IMG/VR virus record: IMGVR_UViG_3300029057_000032
Location: 1 to 16,217 of that record
Direction: 5' to 3' (one strand)
DNA from: a virus
DNA length: 16,217 nucleotides
In this document: positions 1-8,438 of the stretch, piece by piece
Position numbering within the stretch: the stretch's first letter is position 1
Layout of the letters: the number at the start of each line of letters is the position of its first letter
Program-made: the position numbers and the translations under genes
The notes under the pieces: generated by a model
The model's database searches: none
Told to the model about the DNA's origin: nothing
What the model saw: the letters and a program-made list of their open reading frames with translations, nothing else

Positions 1-613
1 CTCTTAGTTTTACTCAAGTATCAACTGGCATCTCATTATCACAATAAGATAATCCTAAAATTCCAATATCTCTATCTTCTGATTTTAAATAGAATATTGC
101 TATCTTATTAACATCATTAGATTTAAATGTATAATACATTCTTCTATCTAATTCTTTTATATCTTCAACATCTCCAAATCATCCTCCTTTTTTAGATGTT
201 TCCAATATAAATAAATAATCAGATAATAGGAAGTCTTTATAGTGACTTGAAACTGGAGCAACTCCAGGTTCTGTTTCTTCACTATTCATAATTCCATAAG
301 TGAATGGTAATCCTCCTAATCCTGAACTGCCATTATGATACTCAATAACTCAAGCTCTATCTGCATTCGTATTTAAAAGATCTTTAAGGATATATCTAAC
401 ATTAAGATCCACTTCTTGTCGTATTACTTGATTAGTATTATGAACTGTTTCTATATAACTTACAACTTTATCATATATTATTCCTGGATTAGTACTTATA
501 ATTATTACATAAGAAATAAATATAAATCCAAATCCACCTTTAATTATTTTCCACAGTCCATATTTATCTACTCATTCTAATACCTTTCCAAACCAGTTTA
601 ATTTATTTTCCAT
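1..613 (-). CDS. Hypothetical N-terminally membrane-anchored protein. C-terminus runs off the window. Translatable only if TGA is sense (4 in-frame TGA codons).
   Basis: ATG at 611-613 overlaps the TAA of the upstream gene (TAATG, 611-615). Hand translation triplet by triplet gives 204 codons open to position 1 with no TAA or TAG. The only interruptions are TGA at 572-574, 350-352, 179-181 and 14-16. Product: MENKLNWFGKVLE[W]VDKYGLWKIIKGGFGFIFISYVIIISTNPG...ADRA[W]VIEYHNGSS...KKGG[W]FGDVED...PVDT[W]VKLR. It has one hydrophobic helix (GGFGFIFISYVIIIS). The standard-code track calls no ORF here. Confidence 0.7.
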
Positions 614-1038
614 TACATATTATCAGAACAAGTACCCAGAGTATTGTCTACAGCTAAATCAACTCTAACAAATACTCCAGTACAAATATCTTTGAACTTC
701 TGATAAAATGGAGTAAAAATTAAAGGATAAGAAATATCAACTTCTGGATATTGGTTATTAAATCGGTTAATTATATTAGTTAATGCTAATATTCCAGCTG
801 ATTGCTCTTCAAGCTGATTATTATCAGTTTCATCCCATCTTGCTATAAAATAGAGATTTAAAGAGTAAGTAATAGTATCCTCATCCATATTAAATGTATT
901 TGGAGTTATATAAAATACATTATATTCAATAGTTGGGATACTATTAAGTTCATATATATCCTTACTTCCTACAAAATTAATATTGGGTTCTTCAAGAGCA
1001 CAAGCTTTTAAATTGTTTATTAATTCAAAATACGTCAT
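613..1038 (-). CDS. Hypothetical small virion-module protein (141 aa). Neck or head-completion role is suggested by position only.
   Basis: Track ORF 613..1140 trimmed to Met35 (ATG 1036-1038), which lies 1 nt after the TAA (1040-1042) of the upstream gene. The longer start would overlap that gene by about 100 nt. The TAA stop at 613-615 overlaps the next ATG. Confidence 0.6.
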   Translation of the reverse strand: MTYFELINNLKACALEEPNINFVGSKDIYELNSIPTIEYNVFYITPNTFNMDEDTITYSLNLYFIARWDETDNNQLEEQSAGILALTNIINRFNNQYPEVDISYPLIFTPFYQKFKDICTGVFVRVDLAVDNTLGTCSDNM

Positions 1039-1039
1039 C

Positions 1040-1723
1040 TTACTTACTCTTTTTATTGTTATCACTTGAAGGGAAATCATAAGCTCTTTGCAGAGGACCT
1101 TCACAAGAATTATATCTCCAACCTTTACCTCTAGCTCCACCTAACCAAATAGTACAAGATGAACTTGAATACATATTTGGATACATATCTTTAAGAGGTT
1201 TATAAGAATACAATTCAGGAAAATCATTATAATATGTAATTACCCAATTTTGTAATCTCGTTTTAAAGAAATCTGCTTTATCTCTATAATATTTCTTAAT
1301 AAGATTAACTTGGCTAATATCAGAAGTTAAATCTTTCTCATCATCAGTCCTCATAACCCCAAAATTACTCAGCTTAAATGAGATGGGTATAGTAATCTCA
1401 CTTAATACTTGATAAAGTAAATAAGGCTGAATATAGTAATCTAGCAATTCTTTATATCTATGATTTTCTGGGTCATCTATTGAAGTAGGATCATAAATAG
1501 GAGGTTCTATTGGATGAACTGGTTTATTTGGATCTTTTCAATCAATTACTAATTTCTGAATCTTTTCTAAGAGCTTAGTTCCAATTAATGACTGAAGCTC
1601 AATATCTTGTGCAAGTTTAATTGCTGACTGAAGATATTTACCAGAAACATTATTGTCTAGATTAGATTCTGATTTTATATAATCTTCAGATATTAATAGT
1701 ACATTTCTATAATTATTTTCCAT
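1040..1723 (-). CDS. Head-tail connector/adaptor-like protein, 227 aa. Fusion of track ORFs 1538..1723 and 1040..1447 across a sense TGA at 1538-1540.
   Basis: ORF 1538..1723 stops at TGA (plus-strand tca, 1538-1540). The next 31 codons ([W]KDPNKPVHPIEPPIYDPTSIDDPENHRYKELL) run in frame, with no TAA or TAG, into ORF 1040..1447. The M at the start of that ORF is really an internal TTG Leu. ATG 1721-1723 overlaps the portal TAA (TAATG). The N-terminus (EDYIKSESNLDNNVSGKYLQSAIKLAQDIELQSLIG) resembles the gp6-like connector motif from memory, and the gene lies directly after the portal gene. Confidence 0.6.
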
Positions 1724-2805
1724 TATTCAACTTGTTTAGTATCAGCTTCATTAAGGCTAAATGGTGAAATTGTGATTGAATTCTGCATTCCAAAGATCTT
1801 ATCAAATGAATCACAAATCTCTTTCTGAATAGGTCTAATCATAGTTCTATTATAAAGCTTGAATGAAGATTCAAATTCTTGCTCATTAAAACCAGTTGAA
1901 TCTGAGTTAATTCCAAATAAGTTAGGATTAGCTCTGAAGGCACAGAATATTTGATCTCTGGTTCTCTCAGATAATGATTGATATTTCTCATCAAAATCAT
2001 CAGAATCTAATCTTTCAATAGTAGTCTTATTTGCCTCATCTGCATTATATGAAATCAATATTCTGCCAGCATTCTGATAACCAGAGAACTTCTCATTAAT
2101 ATTCCTCTCAATCTCCTCTCTAATTTCATCTGTAGGTTCCCCATTATTAAAGTTAATAATAAGATTACCCATAAATCCATTATTGATGTTATTTAAATGG
2201 AATTCATTAATATTTTTCTCAGTTTCGCAAGATAAAATAGCAGCCCCATAAACAGGAATAGGATATACTCCTCTTGTTATATAACCTTTATTATAAAATA
2301 TACTAGCTGGATTTTCATCCCCAGCTCCAAATTTTGGATATTTTATAGCTTTTACAGACCAAGCTGTCCAATCAGTTGCATAATATAATACATCATTCTT
2401 TTCACTCGACCTTACATTCATAAAATCAATATGATAGATCTCTGCAACTCTTCCGAGCATATCTCTAATTACTTGGATAGCATAACCTCCAAATATCATC
2501 TTATCAATAGTGATTTTTCTCATTATATCAACTATTGTTTCACCTTTCTTGTTTACAACTACTTCAAATCCTGGAGCATTACATTTAACATCGTTACCAA
2601 CAATAAAGTCAGCAGAACCATTAATAATGGATTGGAGAGTGGCAACATTTAAATATAAATCCCATAGATATAATGGATATTTGTTATCTTCTCCCCACAT
2701 TACATAATCTTTTCCCCTCACTTTAGTTTCTGTAGGTAATACGATATTACTTGCAATAAATGGATCAATAGCACTTAACTGAACTTTTGTTTTATTTTCG
2801 CTCAT
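1723..2805 (-). CDS. Portal protein (Phage_portal / HK97-type family), 360 aa
   Basis: Intact ORF ending in TAA, with an in-frame TAA two codons upstream of the ATG. The sequence ...YQNAGRILISYN...DDFDEKYQSLSERTRDQIFCAFRANPNLFGI... matches the remembered portal core motif (r..I..af.vPp.llG). The N-terminal segment LYLNVATLQSIINGSADFIVGN is also portal-like. All 4 Trp codons are TGG. Confidence 0.7.
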   Translation of the reverse strand: MSENKTKVQLSAIDPFIASNIVLPTETKVRGKDYVMWGEDNKYPLYLWDLYLNVATLQSIINGSADFIVGNDVKCNAPGFEVVVNKKGETIVDIMRKITIDKMIFGGYAIQVIRDMLGRVAEIYHIDFMNVRSSEKNDVLYYATDWTAWSVKAIKYPKFGAGDENPASIFYNKGYITRGVYPIPVYGAAILSCETEKNINEFHLNNINNGFMGNLIINFNNGEPTDEIREEIERNINEKFSGYQNAGRILISYNADEANKTTIERLDSDDFDEKYQSLSERTRDQIFCAFRANPNLFGINSDSTGFNEQEFESSFKLYNRTMIRPIQKEICDSFDKIFGMQNSITISPFSLNEADTKQVE

Positions 2806-3184
2806 AACTTACGTATGTATTAGGTTTGTCGTATTGATAATTATTATTCTCATAATCTCCAATTCTTATTAATCCTGTTCCCAATATAGGTATTGGTTTA
2901 CCAGCAACTAATATCTGAGTACCATTAGTAAGAGTATTATTATATGTAACCAGAATAACTGGATTGCCATATAACTCTGATCTAAATGGATTGTTTACAT
3001 CAACTATAACTTGAAATTTATTTGGATTAGTAAATAAAATATATTGATATTCACCGTCTCTCATTCCTTCTTGAAGTGTAATATCAAACTTATAGTAGAT
3101 ATTCTCAGAATAATTCTGATTTTCAAGATTAAATGTATAAACTTCTTTAGTAGTTGTATTTTGCATTAATAAAGTATAATTCAT
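2792..3184 (-). CDS. Hypothetical beta-rich protein, 130 aa. First gene after the intergenic terminator region.
   Basis: Intact ORF, ATG 3182-3184, TAA 2792-2794. It overlaps the portal start by 14 nt. I recognise no family. Confidence 0.55.
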   Translation of the reverse strand: MNYTLLMQNTTTKEVYTFNLENQNYSENIYYKFDITLQEGMRDGEYQYILFTNPNKFQVIVDVNNPFRSELYGNPVILVTYNNTLTNGTQILVAGKPIPILGTGLIRIGDYENNNYQYDKPNTYVSYERK

Positions 3185-3260
3185 ATTTTACAGCAATTTA
3201 CATTAGTTTTACATATCTTTTTCTTAAAATATAAACCAATTTACTAATGTATTAAAATAA

Positions 3261-3286
3261 TTAAAGGAGACCTAAGCCTCCTTTAA
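3261..3286 (-). terminator. Intrinsic-terminator-like hairpin downstream of the fibre gene cluster
   Basis: Minus-strand RNA: TTAAAGGAG-GCTTAGGT-CTCCTTTAA, a 9-bp stem with an 8-nt loop, followed by TTATTTTAAT. It lies about 55 nt after the TAA at 3340-3342, inside the largest intergenic gap in the window (3185-3339). Confidence 0.5.
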
Positions 3287-3339
3287 TGTCAAGTTTTTTA
3301 CTCACTCAAAGTACTAAGAAAAATAAAAACTGACAAAAA

Positions 3340-4305
3340 TTATGCTGACGCTAAAGTTCAGTTTTTAGATGTAGCTAATGATTTCTGTTCTTCAGTAAGT
3401 GCATTATAAACGTTAGTATAAAAAGTTAAAGTTTTGGTATCCTTTCCAGTTAAATCACTAACATTTGTAATAATATCGGTTACTGATTGACTATTTAGTG
3501 CTCTAAAATTTGTTAAATTCATACTTTTATCAGCTCCTTCAACACCCCCAAAATAAGTAACAGTAGTATTAGCAAATGCACATATTGAAGTTTTATTTAG
3601 ATCTTCTATTAATGTGCAATTATTTAATTTAATTTTTCCTACTGTTGTAACACCCTCATTATATGAATTAAAGTAATGATATAAAGCTAGTTGTCCATTA
3701 ATAACTTCAATTTCAGGAACATTACTGCTAACAGAATAAAAGAAAAATTGTAAAGATGATACACCAGTATCAACTTCATTTATCACTTTTAAAGTAGTTG
3801 GTAAATTAGAAGCATTAAAGAATGTTCTTATTGCATAATTTCTACTAGAGGGTAAGGGATTAATTAATTCTAAATTATTTAGTGTGCCTTGAAATCCAGA
3901 AAATGAGTAACTACCCCCAACATTAGTTCTTATATTATCAATATATATATTATATGTGTTTTGAAAGGCATATGAAGCATCATATACTTTAGACAGATCA
4001 ATATGACTTGATATATCTATTGTAGATATAAAATTAGCCCCATCAAATCAATAATTTATATTATCTGGAAGAGAATATTCTATATTATCATATTGCTCTT
4101 GTGTCATACTAGAATGTGCAAATGTTAATCCATAATCATTTAAATTAATCTTTCCTCCACCTCCAGAAATCTGTCCTATCTTATCTGCATAGCTTCTAAA
4201 GGTATCTGAATCTGATACAGCAACACCTTTAGCTACAATAGCATCTTTAATGGCACTCTTAGTACCTTCAAGATACGTTAATTTATCAGAAATTGTATTT
4301 GCCAT
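3340..4305 (-). CDS. Tail fibre / receptor-binding protein, paralog 1 (321 aa). It has a conserved fibre N-terminus, a BspA/DUF285-like LRR region and a shared C-terminal tail. Fusion of ORFs 4048..4305 and 3358..3786 with 2 sense TGA codons.
   Basis: TGA at 4048-4050 is followed by 87 in-frame codons without TAA or TAG, leading into ORF 3358..3786. The M at the start of that ORF is an internal GTG. TGA at 3358-3360 is followed by TLASA and then TAA at 3340-3342. The junctions read ...DNINY[W]FDGANF... and ...SLATSKN[W]TLASA*. The N-terminus MANTISDKLTYLEGTKSAIKDAIVAKGVAVSDSDTFRSYADKI is a motif I recall as typical of gut-phage tail fibres. Confidence 0.75.
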
Positions 4306-4306
4306 A

Positions 4307-4960
4307 TTAGATTACTTCACCATTAATTGTATCAAGAGTAGTTGAAATATTACCAATCTGAGCTTGAATAGCTGAAATTTCTCCATCTAACTCTGTCATC
4401 TTTGTATTATATGCATCTGTAGTTACATAGTTTGATAACTCACTTTTATCTGCTTTAAGTGCAACTTCATCTTTCGTAGCTAATCCAGATACATCAGGAA
4501 TCTTATTCTCTACAGCTGTAAGCTCTTCTTTAGTAGCAAAATCACTAGTATCAGGAATTTCTGCTTTAGTTGCATAGTTACTTAAATCTACAGATAATTG
4601 CAGACCTTCTCCATTTCTATGTAAAGATAGAGGTTGATTAGCTTGAAATACTTCCATTTTAGAAGTTTCTAATTCTTGAACCTCTCCTTTAAGATTAGTA
4701 ATCTCAGTATTAATTGGAACAAGTTTAGCATCAATAGATTGATCTACTAAAGGTGGAACTTGATCTTCAATACTTTCTGTTACTTTAGTATTAATTAACT
4801 CTTCTGCTTTCTCCTCAGAAATGTAATTACCTTTAGGTTGAAATCTTTCATCTGCTTCAATCTTAGTATAAGAACCAACAGGAAGTTGTCCAGGTTCAAT
4901 ACCACATTTCTTACTTACATAAAAAGTTTGTGTATTTTTAGTATTCTTAAGTATAATCAT
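4307..4960 (-). CDS. Tail fibre protein with coiled-coil region and short fibre repeats, 217 aa
   Basis: Intact ORF bounded by TAA. It has heptad-like stretches (ITNLKGEVQELETSK, MTELDGEISAIQAQIGNISTTLDTI) and repeated D-x-S-x-[FY]ATK[AE]E motifs. It shares the QLSVDLSxY motif with the 711-aa fibre. Confidence 0.65.
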   Translation of the reverse strand: MIILKNTKNTQTFYVSKKCGIEPGQLPVGSYTKIEADERFQPKGNYISEEKAEELINTKVTESIEDQVPPLVDQSIDAKLVPINTEITNLKGEVQELETSKMEVFQANQPLSLHRNGEGLQLSVDLSNYATKAEIPDTSDFATKEELTAVENKIPDVSGLATKDEVALKADKSELSNYVTTDAYNTKMTELDGEISAIQAQIGNISTTLDTINGEVI

Positions 4961-4962
4961 AA

Positions 4963-6078
4963 TTATCTAATTCGATTTATGCTCCAATTCTTTGAAGCGA
5001 TTAATGATTTCTGTTCACTTGTTAATTTATCATATGCAGTAGATTTGAATGATATACTTGTATAAGAGGCTACTGCTGTGCCAATAGATTCAGCTATAGT
5101 TTGTAATGAATCTGTAGATAAATTTGGAGATTGTGCAAAATAAAGAACTCCTCCTTTAGTTAAACTCTCTCCTAATCCATTTAAAGCTCCTACAGTTACT
5201 AATTCTGGACAATTTGCAGCAAAACTAGTACAATCTGTAACAAGATGGCAATCTATTTCTGGTGTAGCTGTTAATCTACTACAAGTACTAAACATATAGC
5301 TTATATCTGTAATTCCAGTAAAGGTAAAATTACTTGGAATAGTTGTTAGATATAATGCTCTATGAAACATATGATTACAATCTCCTTTAAAGGGAATATT
5401 AATCGTTATATTATCTATATTAGTAGCTCCATCAGCAGTTTCTGCAAATGCTCATTTTGGATCTACTAATACAAGATTTTGAAAATTATTCATTACAGAG
5501 AAATCATTATTATCTATTTTTACTCCAATAAATAAATAATTTGCACTTACTTCTTTAGTAGTTGTAGGTATTTTAACATTAGATAAAGTAGCACTATGTA
5601 TTGTTTGACCCCAAAATTGAAATTCACTAGACCATCTTCCATATGCTTCATTAAGATTAGTAATCTCCTGGTTATTTAGATCAAAATGTGATGTTTTAAA
5701 AAACCCTCCTTTTCTACTTAAATCTCCACTATTTAACTTTACATCTGCATATGTTTGAGCAGAACCTATAATACTACAAAGAGGTACACCATCTATATTA
5801 AGGGCTAATTCACTTAAATCAGCAGTAAAACTAATTACTGTAGAAGTAAGGCCAGATCCTCTACCCATTCAATCCCTTTGTATATCATTTATAGTTCCAT
5901 CATAACTGCTAAATACATAACTACAAGGATCAACTATTGTAGTGCCTTGAGGAACTGGATTAGCAACTGTAACTATTTGTGGATTACATATAGGCCAGAC
6001 TTTGGTACTGCCAACATAAATAGCAGTACCTTGTCTGTCACCTACATAAAATGTTTTTAAATCATCTCTAATATTCAT
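4963..6078 (-). CDS. Tail fibre / receptor-binding protein, paralog 2 (371 aa). Fusion of ORFs 5869..6078, 5452..5868 and 4963..5370 with 2 sense TGA codons.
   Basis: TGA at 5869-5871 abuts ATG 5866-5868 in frame (...DIQRD[W]MGRGSG...). TGA at 5452-5454 is followed by 27 in-frame codons (AFAETADGATNIDNITINIPFKGDCNH) leading into Met 5368-5370. The C-terminal part has BspA/DUF285-like LRR units (ITDISYMFSTCSRLT, VTDCTSFAANCPELV) and the shared tail LTSEQKSLIASKNWSINRIR. Confidence 0.75.
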
Positions 6079-6079
6079 A

Positions 6080-8215
6080 TTATTCTACAATTAAATATTG
6101 TGTATTAGGATCTTTAGTTGATAAACCATCATATTCTGATTGAGTTAGAACAGTAATAGTATTTATTTGAGGTTGGGTTCCAGTTCCAGCTTCAATATAG
6201 TTTCCAGCAGGCTGAATACCTAAATCTGATAAACTCTTATTGCCAGATAACTCAACAGAATTAATCTGAGGTTTATTTGTTAACTGAGTATAGTCAGTAG
6301 TCCCTCCACCTCCAGATATTTCAAGATTACCTTCTCCTAAAATACTTTCACCATTAATAGTCTTTATATTAGTACCAGAAACTAGTTGCTCTTGATAACT
6401 ATGATAACTAGTATCTGCTGATACTCCAGTTGGAGTAATAGTAGTTTGAATTACAGTATGATTAGCTGTAGTACTTTCAAAATGGAAAGTAGCTTGAATA
6501 TTTTCTCCTGAAACAAAACATACTTCTGGAGCTGCTATATCACCATAACCTAGAATATTTACATAATAAAGCTCAAATGGTGTTTTATTAGCTATAGCAT
6601 TCTTAACAGCAGCGAAATCTCCAGAAAGATGAGTAATGGAATTTATAAATAGAAATGGAATATTAGAACCACTTTCAATTTCTATATTACCTTCTCCAAG
6701 TAAAGACTGACTATTGATTGTTTTGATATTAGTTCCACTTACAAGTAAATCTTGCTTAGTAGCCATCTCTTTATCAAGAGAATCAATCTTATCTCCATCT
6801 TCTTCTTGTTTTGTTTTAATAATTGATATATCTGAAGTATTAGTTGCTACTTGAGTAGATAAAGATTCTACCACAGAAGAATCAGCTTTACCAGCAAGTT
6901 CTGTTTTTGTTGCATAATCTCCTACAGGCTGTTTAGTAGCAAGCTGCTCATCAACATAAGTCTTATCTGCTTTACCTGCTAAATCTCCAGAAACCTCTGC
7001 TTCAGTTACAAAGTTAGAATCATTAGTAAGCTCACTAACTTTAGTTGGAATATCACTCTTTAAAGCATAATCACCAACTGGTTGGTATCCAGATAAATCT
7101 ACAGATAATTGGGATTTATCTTCATTAAAAGCTAATGGAGCTTGTGGAGTAAATACACCTTGCTTAGCTGCAAGTTTCTCATCTACTTCATCTTTAGTAT
7201 ATCCTTTATTAGTAAGATCAACCTCAGTAACTTTAACAGTCATATTACCATTATTTACTAAGATTGCATTAATAACTACTAATACACCATTATCTTGGAA
7301 ATAATAACCATATAAATCAATAGTTTCAGGATGTTCAATAGTTGCAACAGGAATAACTATAATATCACCTTTATATGTAATCTGGCAGAATAAATAGAAG
7401 TCCAGATTAGTTCTAATAAAGTCATAGATATGTTTCTGTCTTACAGGATCATTCTCATCTAAATTAAGTAAGAAATGATTCTCAAAAGCAGAGATTACAT
7501 TATCTATAATAGATATATTCTTTCCTGCTGTAAGCGTTTCCTGTTTTGAAGCTATCTCTTTATTAATAGCTGTATTTAAAGCATCAATTTCAGCTTTGGT
7601 ATATTTATCTGCTAATTGTGCATATAGAGGACCATTAACAATACCAGCTTGATTAGTCTCTGTATTATATATTGGAAGTTCAACTGCTTCTCCAGTTTGA
7701 TTACCAAATACAGGAGCTAAAGTAACTTTAGATGGGACTGATTGAATATTAATGGCAGGTACTATTGAAGCTGCTCCAGATAATTCAGTTCCATTTAAAG
7801 ATGGTTTGTTACGAATAGTATTATAATCTGCAGAAACAGTATTCTCTTCAATTACTATACCATCACCTTGAACAAGTGTATTTTGCTTTCCAGCAGTGGC
7901 TTCAGTAATCTCTGCAGTTACCTCTTCTTTAGTTGGATAGTCAGCTAGTTTCTCAGTAATCTGATTATCAACACCTTCAACTGACGGAATTCCAAGTTCA
8001 TCAGAAGTCATACTTCCATTTAACTCAACTCCATTAATTTCAGGCTTATTTTGAATATCAAAATAACTGTTTGTTCCTAACTGAGAACCATCCATAACCT
8101 TAACTTCATCATCCTTGTCAATAACAATAACTTTAGTCACATTTGACTTATCTATTGTTTCGACTTCAAGGACATTAAGATAGGGAAGAATTGTCTTTTC
8201 AGTTTCGTTTGCCAT
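6080..8215 (-). CDS. Long tail fibre protein, 711 aa
   Basis: Intact ORF bounded by TAA. It has three NKPx[IL]N[GS]xELxG units, two copies of LVSGTNIKTINxxSxLGEGNxEI, repeated YATK/LAGKADK fibre motifs and Gly-rich linkers. It contains no Trp codons at all. Confidence 0.75.
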   Translation of the reverse strand: MANETEKTILPYLNVLEVETIDKSNVTKVIVIDKDDEVKVMDGSQLGTNSYFDIQNKPEINGVELNGSMTSDELGIPSVEGVDNQITEKLADYPTKEEVTAEITEATAGKQNTLVQGDGIVIEENTVSADYNTIRNKPSLNGTELSGAASIVPAINIQSVPSKVTLAPVFGNQTGEAVELPIYNTETNQAGIVNGPLYAQLADKYTKAEIDALNTAINKEIASKQETLTAGKNISIIDNVISAFENHFLLNLDENDPVRQKHIYDFIRTNLDFYLFCQITYKGDIIVIPVATIEHPETIDLYGYYFQDNGVLVVINAILVNNGNMTVKVTEVDLTNKGYTKDEVDEKLAAKQGVFTPQAPLAFNEDKSQLSVDLSGYQPVGDYALKSDIPTKVSELTNDSNFVTEAEVSGDLAGKADKTYVDEQLATKQPVGDYATKTELAGKADSSVVESLSTQVATNTSDISIIKTKQEEDGDKIDSLDKEMATKQDLLVSGTNIKTINSQSLLGEGNIEIESGSNIPFLFINSITHLSGDFAAVKNAIANKTPFELYYVNILGYGDIAAPEVCFVSGENIQATFHFESTTANHTVIQTTITPTGVSADTSYHSYQEQLVSGTNIKTINGESILGEGNLEISGGGGTTDYTQLTNKPQINSVELSGNKSLSDLGIQPAGNYIEAGTGTQPQINTITVLTQSEYDGLSTKDPNTQYLIVE

Positions 8216-8216
8216 A

Positions 8217-8438
8217 TTATTTATTTTTATAAGATTCCTCTTGTTCTTTTAAATATCTTTCATTTGTTTCTGCATCAATAACCCTATAAATAGATATATC
8301 AAAGGTTAAAGGGCAATATAAAATAGTTGATGCACTATACTCTTTAATATCATCACCTTCTTTATATGAGGTGATAAAATATCCTTCATCAGAGTATAAC
8401 TTTATAAATATGCTAGTCTCAATATGTAAATGTTCCAT
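8217..8438 (-). CDS. Small hypothetical protein, 73 aa. A fibre assembly or chaperone role is suggested by position only.
   Basis: Intact ORF. ATG 8436-8438 overlaps the upstream TAA (TAATG). Its own TAA at 8217-8219 lies 1 nt before the next ATG. Confidence 0.5.
   Translation of the reverse strand: MEHLHIETSIFIKLYSDEGYFITSYKEGDDIKEYSASTILYCPLTFDISIYRVIDAETNERYLKEQEESYKNK

Noticed and set aside
1039-1140. The N-terminal 34 codons of track ORF 613..1140 (MELEVKVGD...)
   Set aside because: This extension would overlap the 3-prime end of gene 1040..1723 by about 100 nt. Met35 at 1036-1038 lies 1 nt after that gene's TAA and fits the coupling pattern used throughout the window.
2431-2707. Plus-strand ORFs 2431..2652 and 2510..2707. 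The same reasoning applies to 4838..5065, 5878..6060, 8430..8630, 8700..8969, 11410..11697, 11444..11671, 14215..14475 and 14905..15087.
   Set aside because: All lie antisense inside well-supported minus-strand genes. Their translations are low-complexity (Ser/Leu/Ile/Phe-rich), as expected for shadow frames in AT-rich DNA. None has its own intergenic context.
6300-6750. The two LVSGTNIKTINxxSxLGEGNxEI copies (about 6300-6390 and 6660-6750) as a template/variable repeat pair of a diversity-generating retroelement
   Set aside because: The copies differ at many positions of all base types rather than only at adenines. Both lie inside one ORF as ordinary fibre repeats. There is no reverse transcriptase gene in the window.
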